Numbered from the stretch's first letter, positions 18,536 to 27,760 are shown. The stretch: 64,000 nucleotides of DNA from an uncultured Thermoleophilia bacterium (GCA_963742605.1 CAVUNA010000014.1:591200-655199); one strand, 5' to 3'. Translations and numbers: made by a program. The notes: generated by a model not told the origin, from the sequence alone.

Positions 18536-18825
18536 GGCCGCCGCCGCTCGAGATGGGTTCGCAGGGCACCGAGCCGCTCGTCCCATTCGCGGCCGACGAC
18601 AGTCAGCTGGTAGCGCGTCTCTCGTCCCTGCCGCTCCGAGGAGACGAGGCCGGCGCCGGCGAGGGTGGCGAGATGCTTGGCGACCGCCTGTCGGGTGATC
18701 GGGAGCTCACCGGTCAGCTCGGTTGCGGTCGCCGTCCCGCGCGCGGCGAGGTAGTCCAGCACGTGCCGGCGGCTCGGATCCGCGAGGGCGCTGAACACTT
18801 GGCCCAGCGGATCAGACGCCGACAT
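18532..18825 (-). CDS. ArsR/SmtB family transcriptional regulator
   Basis: 97 aa. LADPSRRHVLDYLAARGTATATELTGELPITRQAVAKHLATLAGAGLV is a winged-HTH of the ArsR family. Confidence 0.85.
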   Translation of the reverse strand: MSASDPLGQVFSALADPSRRHVLDYLAARGTATATELTGELPITRQAVAKHLATLAGAGLVSSERQGRETRYQLTVVGREWDERLGALRTHLERRRP

Positions 18826-19156
18826 GCGCGAACGCCGAGGCCTGCAGGTCGAGCGCCGTCGACCAGGCCGGGACGGTCTCGACCACGGTCAGCCGCGTCC
18901 CGTCGGCATCGTCCGCCAGGGTGAACTCGACGACACCGTCGTCCTCCCAGGCGAACGCGAGCCGCTCCTCGGGCGCCACCGTGGTGACCGTGGCATGGCG
19001 TTCCTCGCCGTTCGACCAGCGGAAGCTCGCCGCTCCGCCGGGCCTGAGATCGACCTCGACCTCGTTCGCAAACCAGTCCTCGAGCCGTTCGGGCTCCGTG
19101 AGCGCCTCCCACAGCTCCTCGCGCGACACGGGGAACACGATCTCGCGGCGGATCAT
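18812..19156 (-). CDS. SRPBCC / Aha1-domain protein
   Basis: Trimmed to ATG 19156 (GGAGG 6 nt upstream). MIRREIVFPVSREELWEALTEPERLEDWF is a typical AHSA1/SRPBCC N-terminus. Overlaps arsR by 14 nt. Confidence 0.75.
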   Translation of the reverse strand: MIRREIVFPVSREELWEALTEPERLEDWFANEVEVDLRPGGAASFRWSNGEERHATVTTVAPEERLAFAWEDDGVVEFTLADDADGTRLTVVETVPAWSTALDLQASAFAHVGV

Positions 19157-19158
19157 CT

Positions 19159-19199
19159 GCAACCTCCAGGTTGCGTTAAAGTGGCAACGTCCCGGTTGC
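19159..19199. promoter_or_regulatory. Two 16-bp GCAAC-N6-GTTGC palindromes (candidate operators)
   Basis: GCAACCTCCAGGTTGC (19159-19174) and GCAACGTCCCGGTTGC (19184-19199), 25 bp centre to centre. They lie in the 65-bp divergent region between the SRPBCC-arsR operon and clpP. Confidence 0.4.
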
Positions 19200-19221
19200 A
19201 CATTAACAGGAGGTGGAAGCA

Positions 19222-19827
19222 GTGAACGTCGGCTCCGTGATCCCGATGGTGATCGACCAGACGGGCAGCTTCGAGCGCTCGGCGGACATCTACTCGCGGC
19301 TCCTTCGCGAGCGGATCGTGTTCCTCGGCAAGGAGGTGGACGACCAACTTGCGAACCTGGTGGCCGCCCAGCTGCTCTTCCTCGACGCGGACGATCCGGG
19401 CAAGGACATCCACCTGTACGTGAACTCCCCCGGCGGCTCGGCCTACGCGGGGATGGCGATCTACGACGCGATGCAGTACGTCCGTTCCGACGTGTCGACC
19501 GTGTGCCTGGGGATGGGGATGAGCGCCGCCGCGATGATCCTCTGCGGCGGCGCCCCGGGCAAGCGGTTCGCGCTCCCGAACGCGAAGATCATGATCCACC
19601 AGGGCTCCGCCGGCTTCCGCGGCACTCCAGCGGACATCCAGATCGCGGCCCGCGAGGTGCTGTCGATGACCCGCCGGATGGCCGAGCTGATCGCCCTCCA
19701 TTCGGGCCGGGACGTCGATCAGGTGCTCGCCGACATCGACCGGGACCGCTTCATGTCCCCGGCCGAGGCCGTCTCGTACGGCCTGGTCGACGAAATCATC
19801 TCCGGACGTGCTACTGAACAGGCGTAA
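19222..19827 (+). CDS. clpP: ATP-dependent Clp protease proteolytic subunit
   Basis: GTG 19222 lies 8 nt after AGGAGG (track ORF begins at 19213). The catalytic triad context is conserved: [11 protein letters not shown] (Ser), KIMIHQGS (His), DIDRDRFM (Asp). Confidence 0.9.
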   Translation: MNVGSVIPMVIDQTGSFERSADIYSRLLRERIVFLGKEVDDQLANLVAAQLLFLDADDPGKDIHLYVNSPGGSAYAGMAIYDAMQYVRSDVSTVCLGMGMSAAAMILCGGAPGKRFALPNAKIMIHQGSAGFRGTPADIQIAAREVLSMTRRMAELIALHSGRDVDQVLADIDRDRFMSPAEAVSYGLVDEIISGRATEQA

Positions 19828-19927
19828 CGGAGCGGGTTCGGGGGTAGGTAAAGACCCTCTCCGTGGCGAATGAGGGCGGGCACCGTACGACCTTCGACCC
19901 AGAAAAAACCCAGAAAGGGGAACGGAT

Positions 19928-20383
19928 TTGCAGTCCCGGACGCTTCTCGCGGCTACCGCGGTCGCGGCGGCGACGGCCTCCCTCGTTGCGGGAAGCGGTG
20001 GCGCATCGACCGGCCCGGCGCAGGTCCGCGTCACCGACCTCCAGATCAGTCGGCACATGATCAGGCCGGCCGGCGGTGGAATCACCGGCACCGTCGAAGT
20101 GGTGCGCCAACGCCTGTACAAGCCCGGAGTGACGAGCAGGCCGATCGGCCGCTCGGATCTCGTCTGCACGTACCTCGACAATCGGGAGCGGTCGTGCATG
20201 GGCACCTACTTCTTCCCGAAGGGCTCGCTCATCGTCGCAGGTGCGCTCGAGACTCGGCTCCTGTACGAGATCGCAATCGTCGGCGGCACAGGCCTCTTCG
20301 ACAATGCGCGCGGCACCTTGACCGTGACGTCGACGCACCTGAGCCCTCGCCGGGAGGTTCTGCTATTCCGACTGACGGGATGA
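19928..20383 (+). CDS. Secreted hypothetical protein (dirigent / AOC-barrel-like?)
   Basis: 151 aa, TTG start. Signal peptide MQSRTLLAATAVAAATASLVAGSGGA. The C-terminal IVGGTGLFDNARGTLTV resembles dirigent-like proteins. ATGA overlap with the response regulator. Confidence 0.5.
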   Translation: MQSRTLLAATAVAAATASLVAGSGGASTGPAQVRVTDLQISRHMIRPAGGGITGTVEVVRQRLYKPGVTSRPIGRSDLVCTYLDNRERSCMGTYFFPKGSLIVAGALETRLLYEIAIVGGTGLFDNARGTLTVTSTHLSPRREVLLFRLTG

Positions 20384-20772
20384 ACGGAACCAGCCCGGAC
20401 GGACGGCCGCGGGCACTGATTGTCGAGGACGAGGACACGCTCCGTGAGTTGATCGTCGTCACGCTCGGCGAGGCCTTTGCCTGTGTCGAGGCGACGGACG
20501 GCGACACCGCCCTCGAGATTCTGCGCGAGTCGCCACCCGACCTGATGCTGCTCGATGTCGCCATGCCCGGTCGGAGTGGGATCGACGTGCTGCGCGAGAT
20601 GCGCGCCGACCCGGTGTTGCAGAAGGTTCCCGTCTGCGTCGTGTCGGCGTGGCAGTCGCCCGGGGACGTCGCGAAGGCGCTCGAGGCCGGCGCCGACCGC
20701 TTCCTCGCGAAGCCGTTCCGCGTGGACGAGCTTGCCTCGATCGCGCGGTCCCTCGTGGAGCGGCCTCGGTGA
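20380..20772 (+). CDS. Single-domain response regulator (CheY-like receiver)
   Basis: ATG 20380 lies inside track ORF 19870-20772. ALIVEDEDTLREL...PDLMLLDVAMPGRSGIDVL...ADRFLAKPF is a receiver domain. Confidence 0.85.
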   Translation: MNGTSPDGRPRALIVEDEDTLRELIVVTLGEAFACVEATDGDTALEILRESPPDLMLLDVAMPGRSGIDVLREMRADPVLQKVPVCVVSAWQSPGDVAKALEAGADRFLAKPFRVDELASIARSLVERPR

Positions 20773-22286
20773 AACGACTGTCGCTGGTCGGGCGCGTCGC
20801 CCTGCTGGCCTCGGTCGTCGCGATCGTCGTCGGGGTGATCGTCGCGTCCGCGCTGGTCGCGATCCTCTCCCTCCGCCACTCGGAGCAACGCGAGGCTCAG
20901 GCGAAGGACGTGACGGTGGCGACATTGCGCGTCCAGGAGCTTGCCGTCGAGATCCAGTCCTCCTTGCGCGGCTACGTGCTCTCCGAGAACCCGCGCCTGA
21001 ACCCCCGGTTCCTCACGCTGATGCGCTCACAGCGCAGCGAGCTGCCTGGTGCACTCGCGCAGCTCAACCAACTCGTTGCGGACGACCCCGTCCAGCTGCG
21101 GCGGGCTCAGGATGCGGCCGGGGAGCTGCGCGGCTACCTGCAGGACTACGTCGACAACGTGATCCTGATCGCCAAGATCTCGCCGGCCGATGCGCGCGGC
21201 CCCGCCTCGGGCGACGAGGACCGGCTGCGCACGCAGCAGATCCACCAGACCCTCGGCCTCATTCTGGCGACCGAGAACACGCGCTCCCAGCACCGCGCCG
21301 TCCGTACGCGCGCTGTTGCCCGGACCGCGGTCATCATCGGCATCGTCGGTCTCGCCGGCTCCGCGGTGCTCGTGCTCCTGTTCGGAGCGTGGGTTGCCAG
21401 CGGCGTCGCCCAGCCCTTGCGCCGAACGGCCGAGGCCGCCACCGATGTCGCTCGCGGCGACCTGTCGGTGCGCCTCGACGAGGGAGGTGCGGGCGAGGTC
21501 GGGGCGCTGGTCAGTGCGTTCAACTCGATGGCCAGGTCGCTGGAGGTGAGTCGTCGCGAGCTGTTGCTGCAGAACGAGCGCCTGCGCGAGAGCGAACAGC
21601 ACAAGCGCGATCTGATCAGCATGGTCTCACACGAGCTTCGGACACCACTGTCCGCGGTGCTCGGGTTCACCTCCCTGCTCCTCGAGCGCGAGTTTCCGCC
21701 CGATGAGCAGCAGCGCTATCTGGAGATCGTCGACACGCAAGCCCGGCGGCTGGCGACGCTCGCAGGCGACTTCCTCGACGTTCAGCTGCTCGAGGGAGGC
21801 GGGTTCGAGCTCGATCTCGCCCCGTTCGACCTCGTCGAGCTCGCGCGCGAGCAGACTCGCCTCTTCTTCTCGCACTCCGAATCGCACGGCCTGCTGCTGG
21901 ACGTGCCCGACGAGCCGCTGATCGTGAACGGTGACCGCGACCGGCTCGCGCAGGTGGTCGGCAATCTGCTCTCGAACGCGATCAAGTATTCGCCCGAGGG
22001 GGGAGACGTGCGAGTGTTCGTCGGCGAGCGCGCCGGTCGCGCAGTCTTCTCGGTCACCGACTCCGGGCTCGGCATCCCGACCGAGGACCGCGAGCGGGTG
22101 TTCGACAAGTTCTTCCGCGGCGCCGCCAAGACGACGACCGTCGGCGGAACCGGGCTCGGACTGGCGGTGGCGCGCGAGATCGTCACGACTCACGGTGGAA
22201 CGATCGACGTCGAGTCGACACTGGGCACAGGCTCGACCTTCACCTTCGAGCTGCCGCTCAGCCTGGCGCCGGTCGTCAGCGCGTAA
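20769..22286 (+). CDS. Sensor histidine kinase (CHASE3-like sensor, HAMP, HisKA, HATPase_c)
   Basis: GTG 20769 forms a GTGA overlap with the RR stop. An N-terminal TM helix is followed by a CHASE3-like region (LRGYVLSENPRLNPRF...). H-box SHELRTPLSAVLGF, N-box LLSNAIKYSP, G-boxes DSGLGIP / GGTGLGLAV. Confidence 0.85.
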   Translation: MKRLSLVGRVALLASVVAIVVGVIVASALVAILSLRHSEQREAQAKDVTVATLRVQELAVEIQSSLRGYVLSENPRLNPRFLTLMRSQRSELPGALAQLNQLVADDPVQLRRAQDAAGELRGYLQDYVDNVILIAKISPADARGPASGDEDRLRTQQIHQTLGLILATENTRSQHRAVRTRAVARTAVIIGIVGLAGSAVLVLLFGAWVASGVAQPLRRTAEAATDVARGDLSVRLDEGGAGEVGALVSAFNSMARSLEVSRRELLLQNERLRESEQHKRDLISMVSHELRTPLSAVLGFTSLLLEREFPPDEQQRYLEIVDTQARRLATLAGDFLDVQLLEGGGFELDLAPFDLVELAREQTRLFFSHSESHGLLLDVPDEPLIVNGDRDRLAQVVGNLLSNAIKYSPEGGDVRVFVGERAGRAVFSVTDSGLGIPTEDRERVFDKFFRGAAKTTTVGGTGLGLAVAREIVTTHGGTIDVESTLGTGSTFTFELPLSLAPVVSA

Positions 22287-23226
22287 CGGCAGCGCGCGCG
22301 AAGAAGAGCAGGTTCGCCGGCCGTTCGCCGAGCCGGCGCATCAGATACGGGTACCAGTCCGGCCCGAACGGTGTCGCGACGAGCACCTTGTAGCCGCGCC
22401 GAACGAGGTCGAGCTGCAGCTGCGTCCGGACCCCGTAGAGCATCTGGAACTCGAAGCGGTCGCGCGCGATCTCGTTCTCGGTCGTGAACTGGATGGCGCG
22501 CTCGATCAGCCGCTCGTCGTGGGTTGCGATCGCCGTGTGCCCGGCTTCCACGAGCATGCGCTCCATCAGCCGGACGTACGCGTCGTCGACCTCCGCTCGG
22601 TGTGCGTAGGCGATCTCGTGTGGTTCCAGGTAGGCGCCCTTCACCAGCCGGAGGTTCGGGCGGAGAGGGAGCAGCGTCGCGAGGTCTTCCGGGGTGCGGT
22701 AGAGGTAGGACTGCAGCACCGTGCCGACCCGCTCGAGGCCGTCCTCACGCAGGCGCCGGTAGATCCGCAGCGTCGCGTCGACGTAGCTCGACTGCTCCAT
22801 GTCGATCCTGATGAAGCCGTCGCGTTCCGTCGCGCGCTCGACCAGCGCACGAAGGTTCCGCAGGGCGAGCTCCTCGTCGACATCGAGGCCCAGGTGCGTG
22901 AGCTTGAGCGCCACGTTCGCGCGAAGCTGCTCATCTGCGATCCGGTCGATGATCTCGCGGTAGGCACGCACGACAGCCTCCGTTGCACCGGGCTCGAGCA
23001 CACCTTCGCCGAGCAGCGTCGTGTTCGCGTACAGACCCTGCTCGTTCAGACGGTGGAGCACGCTGACACACTCGTCGAGCGTCTCGCCGGCGACGAAGCG
23101 AGAGGCGCCGAACCGCATCCCGTGGCTGCGGACGACGCGCCGAATCGACGCGCTGTCGGCCGCGACCAGGATGCCCTTGCGGAGCGCCGCGTCGACCGCG
23201 CCCGTCAGCTGTGTGCGAGGAGCCAT
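22276..23226 (-). CDS. Proline dehydrogenase (monofunctional)
   Basis: Start trimmed to ATG 23226 (uncertain). VALKLTHLGLD, IRIDMEQSSYVD, NLRLVKGAY, IATHDERLI and FEFQMLYGV are typical PRODH motifs. The 3' end overlaps the convergent kinase gene by 11 nt. Confidence 0.8.
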   Translation of the reverse strand: MAPRTQLTGAVDAALRKGILVAADSASIRRVVRSHGMRFGASRFVAGETLDECVSVLHRLNEQGLYANTTLLGEGVLEPGATEAVVRAYREIIDRIADEQLRANVALKLTHLGLDVDEELALRNLRALVERATERDGFIRIDMEQSSYVDATLRIYRRLREDGLERVGTVLQSYLYRTPEDLATLLPLRPNLRLVKGAYLEPHEIAYAHRAEVDDAYVRLMERMLVEAGHTAIATHDERLIERAIQFTTENEIARDRFEFQMLYGVRTQLQLDLVRRGYKVLVATPFGPDWYPYLMRRLGERPANLLFFARAAVTR

Positions 23227-24080
23227 TCGTGGACCTCGGGTATGCGCCGCTCGATCAGCGTGAGATGCCCATCCGCATCGTCGATCCATGCCTCGGCCCC
23301 GGGAACGTGCGAGGCGAGCCATTCACCGTGAGAGCGCGGCACGAAGCGGTCGTCGCCTCCCTGCAGGATCAGCACCGGGCGCGAGATGTCGCCCGGCTCG
23401 AACCCCCAGTGCGAGACGAATGCGAGGTCGTCGTCGACCCAGCCGTCAACCGAGTCGCGCAGGCCGTTTCGATGTGCCGCGTCCATCCAGCTCGCGACGG
23501 CGTCGGCGAGGACTTCGCGGTCGGCGTCGCCGAGGAGCGACTCGAGCACCGTCCTCAGCTCGTCCGGCCTGGCCGCGAGCATGTCGGCGCGTTCACGTTC
23601 CAGCGACGGGGCGAGCGCGTCCTCGCCGGCAAGCACATCGCGGAACTCGGCGATGTTCGCCTCGCCCATGCCCGCGAGCCAGTCGAGGCCGTCCGCTTGC
23701 CACGGCGCCACACCGGCCAGGCTCGCCGCGGCGGTCAGCCGGTCGCCGCAGAGCGCTGCGCAGGCGAGCGCATGCGGCCCACCGCCCGAGATGCCCCACG
23801 TCGCGAACCGCCCGAGGCCGAGCGCGTCGGCGATCGTCTCGACGTCGGCGACCACGGCAGAGATCGTCCGACCGTGCAGCCGCGTCGAGCCGCCGTAGCC
23901 GGCGCGATCGAAGCCGATCAACCGGATGCCGTTCGCGGTGGCGTGGTCGAGCCACCTGTCGTACAGGATCCCCGACGACGGCGAGCCGTGGTGGACGATG
24001 ACCGGCAGGCCGTCCGGGTCGCCGCCCTCGTGCACGGCGAGGCGCCGGCCGCCTTCTGCCGACACGGTCAGAATCGTCAC
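23205..24080 (-). CDS. Alpha/beta hydrolase fold protein
   Basis: 291 aa. HHGSPSSG and the nucleophile elbow WGISGGGPHA. Confidence 0.75.
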   Translation of the reverse strand: MTILTVSAEGGRRLAVHEGGDPDGLPVIVHHGSPSSGILYDRWLDHATANGIRLIGFDRAGYGGSTRLHGRTISAVVADVETIADALGLGRFATWGISGGGPHALACAALCGDRLTAAASLAGVAPWQADGLDWLAGMGEANIAEFRDVLAGEDALAPSLERERADMLAARPDELRTVLESLLGDADREVLADAVASWMDAAHRNGLRDSVDGWVDDDLAFVSHWGFEPGDISRPVLILQGGDDRFVPRSHGEWLASHVPGAEAWIDDADGHLTLIERRIPEVHEWLLAHS

Positions 24081-24089
24081 AACGTCAGC

Positions 24090-25124
24090 TTATGCGGCAG
24101 CCGGTCTGCGACGCCCAGGCGTGTCGTCCAGCGCGGGAGGGCGCCAACCCGCGTCGACCGTGTTGAGATTCGAACCGGGCGGGACGATCTCGTCGATCGC
24201 ATCGAGGATGTCCGTGCCGAGGTCGACGTCGGCCGCTCCGAGCTGACTCTCGAGCTGCTCCAGTGTCCGCGGCCCGATGATCGGTGCGGTGACGGTGGGA
24301 TGGCGCAGCACGAACGCGAGCGCGAGATGGACGAGCGAGATGCCGGCGTCTTCGGCGAGCTTGGTCAGGCGCTCGACCGCATCGAGCTTCGCCTGGTTTC
24401 CCGGCAGCGACAGGTCGTAACGCGCAGGGATCCTCGAGGCGCGGTGACTGGTCGACTCCATCCCGCGGCGGTAGGTGCCGCCGAGCCAACCTCCGGCGAG
24501 CGGGCTCCACGGGATCACCGCCAGGCCGTACCGGGCGCAGACCGGGAGCACCTCCGCCTCGATACCGCGCACGAGGATCGAATAGGGCGGTTGCTCGCTG
24601 ACGTAGCGGCCCAGGCTGCGGCGCTCGGACGTCCATTGCGCCTCGACGATCTCGGACGGGGGATAGGTCGACGAGCCGAAGTAACGGATCTTTCCCGCGC
24701 GTTGCAGGTCGGTGAGCGCGCCCAACGTCTCGTCGTGGTCGGTCCAGCGATCCCAGCGGTGGATCTGGTAGAGGTCGATCCAGTCGGTCTGCAGCCTGCG
24801 CAGGCTGTTCTCGACTTCTTCGACGATCCAGCGCCGCGAGTTTCCACTCCGGTTCGGGTCGTGGTCGTCCATCGTGCCGTGCACCTTCGTTGCCACCACG
24901 ATCGAATCGCGTCGTCCCTGCAGTGCTCGGCCGAGAATCTCCTCGGACTCGCCGCGGGCGTAGACGTCGGCCGTGTCGACGAAGTTGATCCCGGCGTCGA
25001 GCGCGTGGTGGATGATTCGGATCGACTCTTCGTGGTCGGTGTTGCCCCAGGCGCCGAACATCATCGTCCCGAGACACAGCGGGCTCACCTGGACGCCGGT
25101 GCGGCCGAGCGGGCGAAGCTCCAT
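24090..25124 (-). CDS. Aldo/keto reductase
   Basis: 344 aa. MELRPLGRTGVQVSPLCLGTMMFG...INFVDTADVYARGESEEILGRAL. Confidence 0.85.
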   Translation of the reverse strand: MELRPLGRTGVQVSPLCLGTMMFGAWGNTDHEESIRIIHHALDAGINFVDTADVYARGESEEILGRALQGRRDSIVVATKVHGTMDDHDPNRSGNSRRWIVEEVENSLRRLQTDWIDLYQIHRWDRWTDHDETLGALTDLQRAGKIRYFGSSTYPPSEIVEAQWTSERRSLGRYVSEQPPYSILVRGIEAEVLPVCARYGLAVIPWSPLAGGWLGGTYRRGMESTSHRASRIPARYDLSLPGNQAKLDAVERLTKLAEDAGISLVHLALAFVLRHPTVTAPIIGPRTLEQLESQLGAADVDLGTDILDAIDEIVPPGSNLNTVDAGWRPPALDDTPGRRRPAAA

Positions 25125-25159
25125 GAAGGGACGTTAACAACCGACGGTATCCTCACCGG

Positions 25160-25786
25160 ATGGCCAGTCGAGTGATCGGCGACGAACGTGAGCTGCGCGA
25201 GGTGATCGGCTCACCGACGAAGCTCGTCGCGGGGAAGGTTGCCAATCGGCTCAACGACCTGACGCGGCAGTTCGTCGAACGCTCGCCGTTCGTCTGTGTC
25301 GCGACCGCACGGCCGGACGGCGGCCTCGACGTCTCTCCGCGCGGCGACCCGGCTGGATTCGTGCGCATCCTCGACGAGCGGACGCTCCTGCTCCCCGACC
25401 GGCCGGGAAACAGGATCGCCGACACGCTCACCAATCTGCTCGAGGATTCGCGCATCGCCCTGCTCTTCCTGATCCCCGGGGTCGGGGACTCGTTTCGCGT
25501 GAACGGCCGCGCCGTCGTCGTCGACGACCCCGAGCTGCTCGCGGACAGTGCGATCGACGGGAAGCCCCCGCGACTCGGGGTCCAGGTTGCGATCGAGGAG
25601 GCTTACACGCAGTGCTCGAAGGCCCTGATCCGCTCGGATCTCTGGAACCCCGAGCGCCACATCGATCGCAGCGAGCTGCCCTCGGGCGGCGAGATCCTGC
25701 GCGCCACGAGTGATCCGACGCTCGACCCGGGGGAGTACGACACCGAGCGGGCCGCGCGCTACGCGCGCGGCGAAGGGCTCTACTAA
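25160..25786 (+). CDS. PPOX-class (pyridoxamine 5'-phosphate oxidase-like) FMN-binding flavoprotein
   Basis: 208 aa. FVCVATARPDGGLDVSPRGDPAGFVRILD...LLPDRPGNRIADTLTNL...ALLFLIPG. Confidence 0.65.
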   Translation: MASRVIGDERELREVIGSPTKLVAGKVANRLNDLTRQFVERSPFVCVATARPDGGLDVSPRGDPAGFVRILDERTLLLPDRPGNRIADTLTNLLEDSRIALLFLIPGVGDSFRVNGRAVVVDDPELLADSAIDGKPPRLGVQVAIEEAYTQCSKALIRSDLWNPERHIDRSELPSGGEILRATSDPTLDPGEYDTERAARYARGEGLY

Positions 25787-25796
25787 GCCCGAGAGC

Positions 25797-25824
25797 GGTG
25801 CCTGGCACCGAGGTGCCAGGCACC
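25797..25824. terminator. 13-bp-stem hairpin between convergent genes
   Basis: GGTGCCTGGCACC-ga-GGTGCCAGGCACC followed by TT. Confidence 0.55.
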
Positions 25825-25834
25825 TTGATGCGCC

Positions 25835-26299
25835 CTACGACATGTCGCCGTCGAGCCAGGGGTCGCGGCCCGGGTCGACGCCGTTCCCGGCGATGGCGAG
25901 TCGCTCGAGGTAGTGGTCCCAGCCGTGTCCGTGTGACTGCGCCGACTCCTCGGTCGGCAGGCCGGAATGGGTGAAGCGGAGCAAGGTTCCGCCGCCCTGC
26001 GCTTCGAGCTCGATCTCGATCGTGCTCGAGCCCGGTGTCACGACGCTGCTGCCGTCCTCCCAGCCCCACGTGAAGACGAGCCGGTGGGGGCGGTCGAGCT
26101 CGACGAACTCGCCGCGTGCCGTGTGGCCCGGGATCACTCCGACGCGGTAGATGCCGCCGGGCTGTGCGTCGAACGTCGCCTGCTCGCCCATCCAGCGTGT
26201 CGCCTTGTCCGGGTCGACGAGGAACTCCCAGACCGTCTCCGGGCTGGCAGCGATCGTCAGCTCCCGGACGATCGTGGTGCTCTCAGTGGTTGCGTCCAT
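25835..26299 (-). CDS. SRPBCC / Aha1-domain protein (second copy)
   Basis: 154 aa. IVRELTIAASPETVWEFLVDPDKATRWMG.... Overlaps the upstream arsR by 17 nt. Confidence 0.75.
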   Translation of the reverse strand: MDATTESTTIVRELTIAASPETVWEFLVDPDKATRWMGEQATFDAQPGGIYRVGVIPGHTARGEFVELDRPHRLVFTWGWEDGSSVVTPGSSTIEIELEAQGGGTLLRFTHSGLPTEESAQSHGHGWDHYLERLAIAGNGVDPGRDPWLDGDMS

Positions 26300-26600
26300 G
26301 CTTCGCCTCCTCGCTCTCTGCTTCCTGTTTCAGGGCCGTGAGTCGCTCGTCCCAGAACCCCTCGAGAAATGCCCTGACCTCCGCCAGCCCTTCGGGCCGT
26401 GCGCGGTACAGGCGCTTCGTGCCGTTCCGTCGCTCGCTCACCAGCCCGGCCTCCTTCAGGACGTTCAGGTGCTGGGAGATCGCCGGCCGCGTCACGTCGA
26501 AGTGGGCGGCGATCTCGCCGGCGGACAGCTCGCCGTCACGGACGAGCGTCAGGATCTGCCGCCTGTGCGGTGCGGCGATCGCTCTCAGCGTTGCCTCCAC
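26283..26600 (-). CDS. ArsR/SmtB family transcriptional regulator (second copy)
   Basis: 105 aa. IAAPHRRQILTLVRDGELSAGEIAAHFDVTRPAISQHLNVLKEAGLV. Confidence 0.85.
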   Translation of the reverse strand: MEATLRAIAAPHRRQILTLVRDGELSAGEIAAHFDVTRPAISQHLNVLKEAGLVSERRNGTKRLYRARPEGLAEVRAFLEGFWDERLTALKQEAESEEAKHGRNH

Positions 26601-26648
26601 GCCGAGCAGTGTAAGGAATAACTAACGTAAGCGCAAGCTTAAATTGAT

Positions 26649-27686
26649 CTAGCGGCCCTCGTCGGGACGGCCCTGCGAGCGACGGCGCTCCTTCTTGCGC
26701 TCGCGCATCGCGTTCTCGGCCGACGTGAAGAGCGCACCTGCGGGGGTCGGCGTCGATCCGTTCGCCAGTGCGGCTCCGACCGACACACCGAGATAAGAGC
26801 TCGCCAGCTCCGCCGGGACGTCGGCCCGGTCGAGTGCTGCCTCGAGCACGCCACAGCGGCTGTCGAGGGAGGGGCCGTCGCGTTCGTCGAGCAGGCACAC
26901 GAACTCGTCGCCTCCACGCCCGTGCAGACGCCCTACGATCTCGCCCGGATGCAACAGCTGTTCGATCGCCTTGGCGACCGCACGAATCAGCTCGTTGCCG
27001 GCTTCGTAGCCGAGTTTGTCGTTCACCGCCTTGAGGCCGTCGAAGTCGATGCAGGCGAGAGCGAACGGCTCAGCACCCGCGAGTCGTTCCTCGAGGGCGT
27101 GGAGAAGCAGCGTCCGCCCGGGCATTCCCGTGACCTCGTCGCGTTCCGCCCGTTCACGCAGCGCCATCTGGTGCAGTGCCAGAGCGGCGAACTTGCCGAA
27201 TCGCTCGGCATCCGCAGCCTCCCAGCTCTCGAACGAGCCCGCACCGATCCGGTGGAGGCAGAGGATCCCGAGCAGCTCGTCGCGCCGCTGCAACCCGACG
27301 CAGACCGTGCCGGAGCCTTCCTCCTCGAGCTGGTCGCAGCGTTGAACGATGCCGGGAAGAAGCGGAGCTTCGGCGCTGTTGACCATCTGGTCGCCGCCCT
27401 CGGCGATCAGCCCGACGAGCGCACGCTCGACCCAGATCCCGGTTGCGCTCGGCCGAGCGCCGCAATAGCGTTCGTACCGCGGCACCCCGTTCCCGTCGAC
27501 GGTCCAGAGGGTGGCCGCACCGGCTCCGGCGAGGGCGAGCCCGCGCGCGCAGATCATCGTCACCAGCGCGTCGCGGTCGAGCTCCGGGCCTCGGTCGATC
27601 AGCTCGTAGGCGTGAGCAACCAGCGCGCCGGTCCGCGAGCGGTGGTAGGTCTCTCTTTCGTCGAACTCTGCCGCAGAAGTCCGCAC
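26649..27686 (-). CDS. GAF-GGDEF diguanylate cyclase
   Basis: 345 aa. Active-site motif RGGDEF and ACIDFDGLKAVNDKLGYEAGNELI. The N-terminal half is GAF-like. No RxxD I-site five residues upstream. Confidence 0.8.
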   Translation of the reverse strand: MRTSAAEFDERETYHRSRTGALVAHAYELIDRGPELDRDALVTMICARGLALAGAGAATLWTVDGNGVPRYERYCGARPSATGIWVERALVGLIAEGGDQMVNSAEAPLLPGIVQRCDQLEEEGSGTVCVGLQRRDELLGILCLHRIGAGSFESWEAADAERFGKFAALALHQMALRERAERDEVTGMPGRTLLLHALEERLAGAEPFALACIDFDGLKAVNDKLGYEAGNELIRAVAKAIEQLLHPGEIVGRLHGRGGDEFVCLLDERDGPSLDSRCGVLEAALDRADVPAELASSYLGVSVGAALANGSTPTPAGALFTSAENAMRERKKERRRSQGRPDEGR

Positions 27687-27760
27687 AGCGAGATGCCTCC
27701 TTCATACCGATCCTCACGCGCAGGGCTCCGACCCGCGTCGCCCTTTCGGGTGACTCGGCG

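Noticed and set aside
23211-25175. 654-aa plus-strand ORF.
   Set aside because: It is antisense to the alpha/beta hydrolase and aldo/keto reductase genes, and I recognise no motifs in it.
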